Below, piece after piece: positions 24,167 through 36,899 of a stretch of DNA of 64,000 nt. The stretch's first letter is position 1. Each line of letters starts with the position of its first letter. Position numbers and translations under genes: made by a program. The notes below the pieces were generated by a model. It searched no databases, was not told the DNA's origin, and saw only the letters and a list, made by a program, of their open reading frames with translations. Origin of the DNA: the human T2T-CHM13v2.0 reference genome, Homo sapiens; the NCBI RefSeq assembly GCF_009914755.1, contig NC_060929.1. The stretch is one strand, 5' to 3'.

Positions 24167-24170
<4 letters not shown>

Positions 24171-24182
24171 TATATATATATA

Positions 24183-24218
<36 letters not shown>
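24167..24218. repeat. (TA)n(TG)n microsatellite at an Alu tail
   Basis: Directly visible. Confidence 0.93.
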
Positions 24219-24523
24219 ACTCTCTGGCATTTTTTTGTTGGCTCCATTCTTGGGCATACCGCCAGACGAGATGGCTGTGGGCAGCCTCATGCCTGTCTCC
24301 TGCAGAAAGAGGACTGCAGAAGCACTTTAGCTAGACATCAGTTCTGACTGGCCAGGTATAGGACCGTCAGGGAAAATGGAGGTGTGTCCCCAGAAATGGG
24401 AGTGTACACTATGCAAGCAGAACCCACTGGCGAGCATTGCAGGGACATCAGCCCTTGGCTTGTTACTGTCATAGCAGAGCAAATTCATATGTATCTTAAG
24501 TCATTCTTTTCAATGTTTTTCAG

Positions 24524-25939
24524 CATCTTCATGATACAGTTAAGAGGAATCTTGACAGCGCCACTTCCCCTCAGAATGGCGATCAACAGAATGGCTACGG
24601 GGACCTCTTTCCTGGGCATAAGAAGACTCGCCGGGAGGCCCCTCTGGGAGTTGCCATCTCTTCCAATGGACTGCCTCCAGCCTCCCCCCTCGGTCAGTCT
24701 GACAAGCCTTCTGGAGCCGACGCCCTGCAGTCCAGTGGGAAGCACTCTCTGGGGCTAGACTCTCTCAACAAAAAGCGTCTGGCTGACTCCAGCCTTCACT
24801 TGAATGGAGGCAGTAACCCCAGTGAGTCATTTCCTCTGAGCCTGAATAAAGAACTGAAGCAGGAGCCTGTCGAAGACCTGCCTTGCATGATCACTGGGAC
24901 TGTCGGCTCCATATCGCAAAGCAACCTCATGCCAGACCTCAACCTTAACGAGCAGGAGTGGAAGGAGCTCATCGAGGAGCTGAACAGGTCGGTGCCCGAT
25001 GAAGACATGAAGGACCTGTTTAATGAGGACTTCGAGGAGAAGAAGGACCCAGAGTCTTCTGGCTCTGCCACACAAACCCCCTTGGCACAGGACATTAATA
25101 TTAAGACGGAATTCTCTCCAGCAGCCTTTGAGCAAGAACAGTTAGGCTCTCCACAAGTGAGGGCCGGGTCTGCAGGGCAGACCTTTCTGGGGCCTTCCTC
25201 TGCCCCTGTGAGTACAGATTCCCCCAGCCTAGGGGGCTCCCAAACCTTATTCCACACCTCTGGTCAGCCCCGGGCGGACAATCCCAGTCCAAACCTGATG
25301 CCGGCATCAGCCCAGGCCCAGAACGCACAAAGAGCCCTTGCAGGTGTGGTATTGCCCAGTCAGGGCCCAGGAGGGGCCTCAGAGCTGTCCTCTGCCCACC
25401 AGCTCCAGCAGATCGCTGCCAAGCAGAAGCGCGAGCAGATGCTCCAGAACCCACAGCAGGCCACCCCGGCACCAGCCCCGGGCCAGATGTCCACATGGCA
25501 GCAGACGGGGCCCTCCCACAGTTCCTTAGATGTCCCTTACCCCATGGAGAAGCCTGCCAGCCCTTCCAGCTACAAGCAAGACTTCACTAACTCCAAACTG
25601 CTCATGATGCCTAGTGTGAATAAGAGTTCCCCTCGGCCCGGAGGCCCCTACCTCCAGCCCAGCCATGTGAACCTGCTGAGTCACCAGCCACCGAGTAACT
25701 TGAATCAGAACTCCGCGAATAACCAGGGGTCTGTGCTGGACTACGGCAATACAAAACCCCTTTCTCATTACAAAGCGGACTGTGGGCAAGGCAGCCCGGG
25801 GTCTGGCCAGAGCAAGCCAGCCCTGATGGCTTATCTTCCCCAGCAGCTGTCCCATATAAGTCACGAGCAGAACTCCCTGTTTCTGATGAAGCCAAAGCCA
25901 GGAAATATGCCTTTCCGATCACTGGTTCCACCTGGCCAG
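24524..25939 (+). CDS. MAML1: MAML1 (mastermind-like transcriptional coactivator 1) exon 2
   Basis: Acceptor ttttcag|CAT and donor CAG|gtaagt. 1416 nt, phase 0-0, open. Translates HLHDTVKRNLDSATSPQNG...EQEWKELIEELNRSVPDEDMKDLF...RSLVPPGQ, recognised as MAML1 (ORF 24800-26014 covers most of it). Confidence 0.98.
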
Positions 25940-27372
25940 GTAAGTATGAGCCTTTGCTTTCTGTTCCTCTGCTGCAGACACTTCAGTGAGGTTACTCACT
26001 ACTTTGGATGTTAATTGGATCCGAGGTAGTTGTGGGAAGAGGGAGGAGGGAATAGCTGCTGTCATCCTTGCTCCTCTTGGGAGTGGAAATTTATAAAATA
26101 AACCAGGGTTGATTGTTAATAAAAAATAGGGTAAAGTTCCCTGGCATAGCTTGATTATTAACTGCACGAAGGTTTCAGGAATCACCTGCATTTAGTCCAC
26201 TGTCTCTTTCGTGCCGTAGGATTTAAATTAAGTAATTTGCGACTGTGTTTTGCAGATAAACATTACGTTTCACGTGCTTCTTAGAGGCTTGGCTTTTTTT
26301 TTTTTTTTTTTTTTTTACTACCTTTCAGATCTCCATGTACAAAATTCCCTAATTTTTGGTAAGCTTATAACATTGTAGGCATGTGCTGCTTCCCAGCACA
26401 GCTCAGCTCTGTGCTTACTTCATCATGGTTCTAAAGCCCGGTAGCATCAAATGGAAAATGGCCCTTCGGGTTGTTTCCTGTTTTCCGCTAGTGCAGATAA
26501 GCCTGCAGTGAACGTGAATTTGTAATACATGCTAAAATTTTGCAAATTAAAAAGCCCAGTGCCGGTAATATCATGAGGAAATAGACACACTCCTGTATTG
26601 ATGAGAGTGTGTAAATGAGCTCACTGCTTTTGGGAAGTCATTTGACATTATGTATTTTTCACATGCTGTAAAATGTTCATATGCATTGACACACTATATA
26701 CCCGACAAGTTGATCTAAAGAAATAATCCAAAATAAAAGAAAAAGTTATATCCAAGATATTCATTGTGTGGTTATTTCTAATAGCCAAAAACTGTAAGCC
26801 ATTTAAGCATCTCCCAGTGCTGATAATTCCACTTACTTCAGCCAGTAAGATGTCTCACGCCGTTCAGCACCCCCTGAAGAGAGGCTCAGCTGCACACAGT
26901 GAGGGTGCTTGCCATCTGGGTAGCACTTTGCAACTTACGAAGCACTCTCAGTAGTTCTTAAGCTTCTGGTGATTAGAGTGAAGAAATTATACCAGAATCT
27001 TAGAATGAATAACTAGAAAGGAGCTCAACAATTTGAACTGGTTTAAATAATGATTGCTTTTTGCCTATCTTCTGCTAAGTTCCCCTTTTCTTCTAAGTGT
27101 CAGTAATGACGGGATAATATTGTGGTGGCCTTTGACATGACTCTCACTTGTGGTCTATATATTGACAGAGAATATCTGTTAAAGTTCTCATTGATTCTCA
27201 GTATTTTTTGAGGATGGGTATTTGACAAAAGCTAAGCAGTCTCTTCCAGTAAAATGCTTGCGCAGATGTACAGTTTCGGGTCGTTCAGGGATAGCCCGAA
27301 ATCCAAGGTTTATGCACATGGGACAGAGTGGTCTCCATTGACCAAAGCCCCCTTCAAAGTGTTCTTCCCCTA

Positions 27373-27680
<308 letters not shown>

Positions 27681-28047
27681 CTATTGGCCCGCTCTGCACT
27701 CAGATGTCCTGATAAGTGAGCATTTCTAAGCCTCGATTGCTTACTGGAACTATTGTGTGCAAATATGAAAGCTTACATATGCTTAACGTAAAACCATACC
27801 TTTGTCACTGGTGAATCACTGGGAGTAAAACTAACACCTATGGAGTAATTGTTCGTTGCTAGGCGCCTGTATGCTCAGATGTCATCACTTTTGGTCTGTG
27901 CTCCAGCCCTGTGGGATGGTTGTTATTCGAGGTCAGAAGGGAAGCAGAGACTTGGCTTCAAGAGAGTGAACCTTGAATTCACTGGATGGAGCTTATTTGG
28001 TCTGATCAGAGCTTAGAGACTTCACAGTCCCCTATCTGTGTTGACAG

Positions 28048-28287
28048 GAGCAGAACCCTTCCAGTGTCCCTGTGCAAGCCCAGGCTACCAGTGTTGGGAC
28101 CCAGCCGCCTGCCGTGTCCGTGGCCAGCTCCCACAACAGCTCCCCCTATCTCAGCAGCCAGCAACAGGCCGCTGTAATGAAGCAGCATCAGTTGCTTTTG
28201 GACCAACAGAAACAAAGGGAGCAGCAGCAAAAGCATTTACAGCAACAGCAGTTCCTTCAGAGGCAACAGCACCTTCTCGCGGAACAG
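28048..28287 (+). CDS. MAML1: MAML1 exon 3 (Gln-rich)
   Basis: ttgacag|GAG ... CAG|gtaaaa. 240 nt; EQNPSSVPVQAQ...QQQQFLQRQQHLLAEQ, in frame with exon 2. Confidence 0.97.
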
Positions 28288-28738
28288 GTAAAAAGAAAAG
28301 TGGAAGGAAACCACCGCTTCCCACCTTTGCCTGCACCCTGCGTCACTGCTACAGTCACACCTTCTGCTTGTGCGTGTGGATTTGCGCAGACTTGCGTGCC
28401 TGTTGTTAGAGTGCTTTGCCTTTTAAAAACATCTTTCCAGGAATGTGGCATTTCTCAGACAGGGGTAGTCTTGTCAGAAGCTGCTTCGTGTCACTTAGTG
28501 GAGAGTACTCAAGGCAGACTCGGGGGCTAAAACTGTTTGTGGAAGGGACATTTTCCTATGTTTCAGGTCAGCAGCTTCCAAGCCACTGAGCTCACGTGTC
28601 TGTCATTCCACTATGGAGTCAGCTTTGCTGCCACTACAGAGCCTGTTATAAGCCAGAACGTGAAGAGGGAAGTGAAGTCATCCCTGAGGGAAACACAGTT
28701 CACTCGCTTGGTTAGCAAGTGTAGTGTGCAGGCACTAA

Positions 28739-29051
<313 letters not shown>

Positions 29052-29134
29052 TAAATTACATCTTTAAGACATAAGAACTGGCTCCAGACAGTGAGGTTCA
29101 TTGAGGACAATCCCTGCCTCAGTTCTGCCTTTAA

Positions 29135-30115
29135 GAAAAGCAGCTTTATTGTGATGTAACTCACACAGCATACACTTCACCCACGTAAGTGAACAATTTA
29201 GTCATTTTTAGTATATCACAGAGTTGTGCAACCATTACCACAATCCATTTTAGAACATTTTCATTACCCTAAAACAAATCCCATACCCATGAGCAGCCAT
29301 TCTCCCATCCACCCTGCCTCTCCAGCTCCTGATCTACTTTCTGTCTCTATAATTGTCTGCTCTGGGCTGGGCGCAGTGGCTCACTCCTATAATCCCAGCA
29401 CTTTGGGAGGCCGAGGTGGGCGGATCACGAGGTCAGGAGATCAAGACCATCCTGGCTAACACAGTGAAACCCCGTCTCTACTAAAAATACAAAAAATTAG
29501 CCAAGTGTGGTGACGGGCGCCTGTAGTCCCAGCTACTCGGGAGGCCGAGGCAGGAGAATGGCGTGAACCTGGGAGGGGAGCTTGCAGTGAGCAGAGATCG
29601 CGCCACTGCACTCCAGCCTGGGCGACAGAGCAAGACTCCATCTCAAAAAAAAAAAATTGTCTGTTCTGGACATTTTATATTTATGTTATGTCATTTTCAA
29701 TCATGTGCTAGGTAACAGCAATTGATTCCTCTTGATAATAATATTCCATTGTATGGACATGTTACATTTTATTCATTCGTCTGTTCATGAACATTTGGGT
29801 TTCTTGTTTGGGCTGTTAATGAGTATTGCTGCTATGAACATTCATGTACAAGTTTTCATATAGACATCTGTTTTCATTTTTCTTGGGTAGATACCTGGGA
29901 GTGGAATTGCTGGATCACATGGTAATTTTTATGTTTAACCTTTGGAGGAACTGTCAGACTGTTTCCCACAGGCTGTCTCATTTTACATTCCCACCAGCGG
30001 TGTATGAGGGTGCTGATTTCTCTACATCCTCACCAACCACTTGTTATCATCTGACTTTGATTCTGGCCATCCTAGTGGGATCTCATTGTAGCTGTGATTT
30101 GCATTTTCCTAACCA
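29135..30115 (-). mobile_element. Antisense L1M 3' region in MAML1 intron 3 with an AluY-like insertion (about 29365-29656)
   Basis: tattccattgtatggacat..gctgctatgaacattcatgtacaag..ggaattgctggatc..cattcccaccagc. The Alu TSD is aattgtctg(c/t)tctgg. Confidence 0.8.
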
Positions 30116-30344
30116 GCTCTCCATTTTTTAAAAACAGGTATACCTACCTTTTAAAAAAGTCATTGCTCCCTAGATCTGTTTCATACTATTTAAAAACCCC
30201 AAAATGAAATCAGCACTATTTCCACAGGAGCCCATTTGTGAGTAACAAACTTGGATAAGTTACTTTTCTCTGACCTCCCTCACTCCCTTTGTTTTGGATT
30301 TTGTTATATGTTGGTTTTGTTTTGTTGTTCTTGGCATTTTCTAG

Positions 30345-30441
30345 GAGAAGCAACAGTTTCAGCGCCATCTGACCCGCCCACCACCCCAGTACCAAGACCC
30401 GACACAAGGCAGCTTCCCACAGCAGGTTGGACAGTTCACAG
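30345..30441 (+). CDS. MAML1: MAML1 exon 4
   Basis: ttttctag|GAG ... ACAG|gtaggg. 97 nt; EKQQFQRHLTRPPPQYQDPTQGSFPQQVGQFT(G), containing the conserved mastermind RHLTRPPPQY motif. Confidence 0.96.
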
Positions 30442-31278
30442 GTAGGGGGTGTCTGTGTGACGAGCAGGGACAGGGGAGGCCGCTGCCTGGTGCTGGTTGA
30501 ATCCCTGCTGTCTGCCCAGCTCTATGCCTTGACTTCATCAGGCTGCATGCATTGTCATCATATACACCTCAGTTTGCCTAAGGGGCCTGGTTTTCTAGTT
30601 ACTCCACGGCATCAGGAGAAGAGGGCACAGAGGCAAACCACTAGAACTACCTTTGCTGGGTCCCTGGCTGTACAGTTTTCTGAAGCAAAATCATTTCTAG
30701 TTGGAGGACATCTTATCAGCAGGAAATAGCTTCTGTAATTCTCAAGAAAGTTCTTTGCTTCTGCTTTTATGTGTCTTCAAAAAATGACTCCTATCTTCCA
30801 GATAAGGACTTAATGCACTTGCGTGGCCTTTGGCTTCTTTCTCTCCTCCTGTCTGCTCACTTGAATATCACAGATGGCAGCATCACTAGTGGACAGTTGG
30901 CCAGAAAAGGGCAGGAAGCACACTTGAGTCTAGCTGTCGCCTCTGAGATGTGCCAGGGAACTTCATAGGCCATCCCTCCAGAAATGCACAAAGATTTCAG
31001 GGAATGGATACAGGAAGCTCTGGTCTGCCCGCCTTCCTAGCTCCTCTCAGAATGTCTTAGAAACCTCTGTTTTTCCTTATTTGGGACCTTGCTATAAAGG
31101 GTCCCAGAGAGACTGACCACAGCTGTGTGTCCTGGAGGAGACCAGGTACGGTTTTATGTATGTGCTACCTGGGGTCAACGTGGGGTTGAAATCTGCAGGC
31201 ATTTCAGAAGCATGGGTCTGACCCATGTTTTCTGCCTTCAGACCCATCTGACATTTTGTGGATTATTGATGGGAATGA

Positions 31279-32380
<1,102 letters not shown>

Positions 32381-33092
32381 ACAACCCCGTTCTTCACACG
32401 CCATCCACAGCTCTTCCCTATCTGGCCGGAACTAGCTCTTCCATTTTATCTCTAACCAGCTGGCCACTGTCTGCATATCCCGGCCACGGCCAGTCTCTGA
32501 AAGTTCCCCACACAGATGCCTTTTTCTGACTCTGCCTTTGCACACACTTGCCTGGAATGCTCTTTTTCCCCAAACTGTTAAATTGCTAAACTTCTGTGCT
32601 TTTAAACCTAGTGGATTCATCACTGTCTCTCTCAAGCCTTGCCCAAGGCTTCCCAGATGCCAGGGCTTCCAGCCTGCACCCTGCAGCCTGCTGGCCAGGC
32701 GCGCCCCATCGCGCCCCATTGCGCCCCATCGTGCCATGTGCTAACTTTGCCTCCCAGAGGCGGATCTTGCGTTGGGTCCACCTCAGAGTCCCCGGTGCCC
32801 ACCACAGGGTCCCCACAGAGCAGAAATTTGGTGGGTGCTTGAAAGTTAGATGAAGTAGGTCACTGGTTTTCTCTCCCCTGGGGCTTTGCCCTTCCTCTGT
32901 GCCTTTCTGAACCCCATCATTGTTTCAGAGACCAGGCCTCCATTCCACCTGTGGAAGGCTTTCTGCCCCATGGCCCCCGGGGCCCTCTTCCCAGTGTGCC
33001 GTGAACGTGAGACTTCTGGTGCTGCGGCTCGAGTCTCAGAGGGACCCAGTGGTGGTCGACTCCTGACTGCCAGACTCTTCTCTGTCTTGTAG

Positions 33093-34075
33093 GGTCCTCT
33101 GCTGCCGTGCCCGGCATGAACACCTTGGGTCCATCCAACTCCAGCTGTCCTCGAGTGTTCCCTCAGGCTGGGAATCTGATGCCAATGGGCCCTGGACATG
33201 CTTCAGTTTCCTCTCTCCCCACAAACTCAGGCCAACAGGACCGGGGTGTGGCTCAGTTCCCTGGCTCCCAAAACATGCCTCAGAGCAGCCTCTATGGCAT
33301 GGCTTCTGGCATAACCCAGATAGTTGCCCAGCCCCCGCCACAGGCCACCAATGGACATGCCCACATTCCACGGCAGACCAACGTGGGCCAGAACACCTCC
33401 GTCTCAGCTGCCTATGGGCAGAACTCTCTGGGAAGCTCTGGCCTCTCCCAGCAGCACAATAAGGGGACCCTGAACCCTGGTTTAACAAAGCCACCGGTCC
33501 CAAGGGTGTCACCAGCCATGGGAGGCCAGAATTCCTCCTGGCAGCATCAGGGAATGCCGAACCTCAGTGGCCAGACCCCAGGGAACAGCAACGTGAGTCC
33601 CTTCACTGCAGCCTCCAGTTTCCACATGCAGCAGCAGGCCCACCTGAAAATGTCTAGCCCGCAATTCTCCCAGGCAGTGCCCAACAGGCCCATGGCTCCC
33701 ATGAGCTCAGCAGCTGCCGTGGGGTCCTTGCTACCCCCAGTGAGTGCACAGCAGAGGACCAGCGCCCCTGCCCCAGCACCACCCCCAACAGCCCCTCAGC
33801 AGGGCTTGCCTGGCCTGAGCCCAGCAGGGCCTGAGCTGGGGGCCTTCAGCCAGAGCCCTGCCTCACAGATGGGCGGTCGGGCGGGGCTGCACTGCACCCA
33901 GGCCTACCCTGTGCGGACCGCGGGCCAGGAGCTGCCTTTTGCCTATAGCGGGCAGCCAGGTGGCAGTGGGCTCTCTAGTGTGGCTGGACACACCGATCTG
34001 ATCGACTCCCTGCTGAAGAACAGGACTTCAGAGGAGTGGATGAGTGATTTGGACGACCTGTTAGGGTCTCAGTAA
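33093..34075 (+). CDS. MAML1: MAML1 exon 5, coding part (C-terminal activation domain, stop TAA)
   Basis: tcttgtag|GGTCC, phase 1 matching exon 4. Ends ...LIDSLLKNRTSEEWMSDLDDLLGSQ* (acidic mastermind C-terminus). Confidence 0.98.
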
Positions 34076-36481
34076 TGGAAGGATTTGTAGTGTTTTTAGT
34101 GTTCATTCATCCTATATTTTTATTCTCAGATTCAAAGAAAGAGCAACTACTTTGGACCAAAAGCCCATGGCCTGGGGAGCTGGGCAGGTAGAGCCCAAGC
34201 TCCAGGTGAGGCCTGGCCCTGGGCAGGGTCTGTGGCTGCGCCCCTCAGGCCAGCAGTTGAGGTCCATCGGGCTGGCCCCAGCCCATCTGCTGGCATCAGT
34301 ACCTGGTGTTGGGACAGCAGGATAGGGTTCTAAAGGTGGTTTTCTATCCAAACGACCAAAAAACCAACAGTAACACCAGTGAAACCCCACACTGTCGGGC
34401 TTATAAAAATCTGTGCCATCATGGTGATTTTATCCAAGACTGCTCCACTTACCCCAGTGCTGGGGACAAGTTTCTGTTGAAACTTTAGATAGCAGAATTA
34501 TTTGCAATTTGTAGCATAGAAAAGATTTTTTAAATTTTTTTACAAAAGGTTTTTAAACAGATTAGGGTAGGTGATGGTTTAAATCAATTAAGTGGCATTG
34601 GAAACCTAGGGTTTCCTTTTGATTAAGAGCCTTTTTTGTTTCTGCTCTTTGTCAGCTTTCAGGGGAGAAGGAGGCCACTGGAAAATTATTTCCCTAAGTG
34701 CAGGCTGTTGACTGCGTATGCCAAAAAGGGACAGGAGGCATGGGATAGCAGGTCTGGTGACACAGCTAGGGTCTTCCTAGCAGCTCCTCCTCCTCCCTCC
34801 CAAGGCCCCCAGGAATCCCTTCCTCCCATGTCCTGGCAGCAGGACCCCAGGCTACATATGGAAGGTAGAGATGTGGGGGTCCTGTATCCTGGAGTATTAT
34901 GTCTCCCCACCTTCTGCAGTTTTCTCTGAACATGTATGTTGCCCATGGTGGGAGCGTGGTCACTGTGCAGTTGTGCACAGATGTCTTTCCTTTACCGTTG
35001 GCCTTTCTGTCTGCCTCTCCTTCCTCTCTGCAGCCCAAATGGAAAACAATTATTTACTCCATTGGAGGGAAAGGAAGAGTCTTAGAATTCCTAAGGGAAC
35101 CTTAGCATAAAGGTTTTGGGGAAGGAGGCCGTAGGCCGGCCCGGAGGAAGCAATTCCACTTGGTTTGACAACTTCTGCCACTCCCATGTCAGATGACTTG
35201 CACTTCTTAAAGAGATTGCTTTATAACACTAAGACATCCTTTCTAAAGATTCAAGTGGACTTGACTAAGCTGAGGGTCCACGAAATAGAATATGACATGT
35301 GAGCTGTTTTTGGAAAACGAAGATGGAGAGAGCACTTCCCCGTAACGAAAGCAAAGTGGTAAGCACAGGGTGAGACCCTTTTACACAGAATGGTGGAGAG
35401 AAAAGAGAATGCTGAAAAGTGGCTCAGATGCAGAGTGTTCTGTGGAGAAACTGCAGCCCCACTTCTGTTTCCCTGGAGTCTCCCAATGGATCATTCAGGA
35501 GTGTCCTATGTGAGAATTGAGCCAAGGAAAATACTCATGCAACCAGCCTGAGTCGCGGTGAGGGGACGAGAGGTTGTACACACATTGGTAGTTATTTTGC
35601 ACCAGCAGTGCCTTTCTCACTGGGGGTACTTGGACCCTCAGATCTTCTTTTCTAATAGCCATTTGCCACCCCAAGTGGTATGTCGGCCATTTCTCCTTAA
35701 AACACCTTCCCTACCTTTCCCATGTACTCAGTTTAGCTCTCAAAGAAGGGGTGAATCATAAAGCCAGTGAAAATTTCACCCTCTGAGGGAGTTCCCCAAT
35801 CTGAAGGGGAAGAGGGTGACCTCAGCGGCTTTTCTCCCAAAAATCGGCTGAAGGCTGGTTGTGGATCCTTGTTCCTCTCCTGACCCCATCTGGCTGCTGC
35901 CCCGTCTCCCACCCCTGTCCCCGGGGCTCGCTGGCCCTGCACTCCGCCTTAGTCCTGGGGCCGGCGACACAGTGGGGGCTCCTCACTTGCTGCAGTGTCA
36001 TAGCAATAAAATGTGATTCTTGGGGTCCCCCCAGGGAGCTGCCCATGGCTTTATTTATGAACCTGGTTTTCGGGAGTCAGGGGAGGAGATGACTTTGCTT
36101 CTGTGCACAGCCCCGTCTTCCAGGAGCCACAACTCAGAAGAAAAGGGTGCTCAGACTTTTGTTATACACATTTGCTTTGTGTAAATAAATGTTTACAATT
36201 TTATATGAAAGATGGAATAAGCGCTAGAGCTTCCAACTGTATATTTTTTACTTTTATAGATTTTAAAACTATGATCCTTTATATGTGTGTTTTGGGGGAG
36301 CTATGATAAGTTTTATGGCAAACGGTTGGTATTGTTAACTTTTTATTGTCATCAAAAGTTCATAAAAGTCCTATTAATCCCCATATTCTTCTACTGCCCT
36401 TAACTCTGGTATACACCAAAAAGAAATCTTTACTTTCCTTGTTTTATCATTATAAAAATAAAGTATTTTGCTAGTATGGAA
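34076..36481 (+). other. MAML1: MAML1 3'UTR
   Basis: Repeat-free 2.4 kb after the stop. AATAAA at 36005, 36184 and 36457; the distal one is followed by U/GU-rich sequence. The 3' end is approximate. Confidence 0.85.
36457..36462 (+). terminator. MAML1 distal polyadenylation signal AATAAA
   Basis: Canonical hexamer with an AU-rich upstream region and T/GT-rich downstream elements (36488-36590). Confidence 0.8.
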
Positions 36482-36713
36482 ACAACCTTTGTATTTGACG
36501 TCACCTGGGGTCTGCTGGCAGAAGTTTGGGGATTGGTTTTCTTTTGTAATTTAGCTGCTTGCTTTTCTTGGTTTTTTAATTTTTTCTTTTTAAAGAAATG
36601 CTTGTCGAGTCATAGATTTAGCTGCTTTCTTATTGCACATTGTTGAGTGGGAGCTGGTTTGGTTGAAGCCTCAGAGGAGCTTCTGTTATCTGCTGATAGA
36701 TACTAAATTAGAG

Positions 36714-36899
36714 CTAGCATCACCCTGAGAAAGCAGGCTGGCCCCAGGACTCACGGGCGTCCATGCAGCTGATGGAGGGGAGCTGGACCGGACGACTGTG
36801 CTCTCTTAGCTCTAGCATCACCCTGAGAAAGCAGCCTGTCTCCGGGACTCACGGGCATCCATGCGGCTGATGGAGGGAGCTGGGCCGGACGACTGTGCT
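36714..36899. repeat. Two-copy tandem duplication, period 98 bp
   Basis: 36714-36802 vs 36812-36899: 7 substitutions and 1 indel over about 89 nt. Confidence 0.95.
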
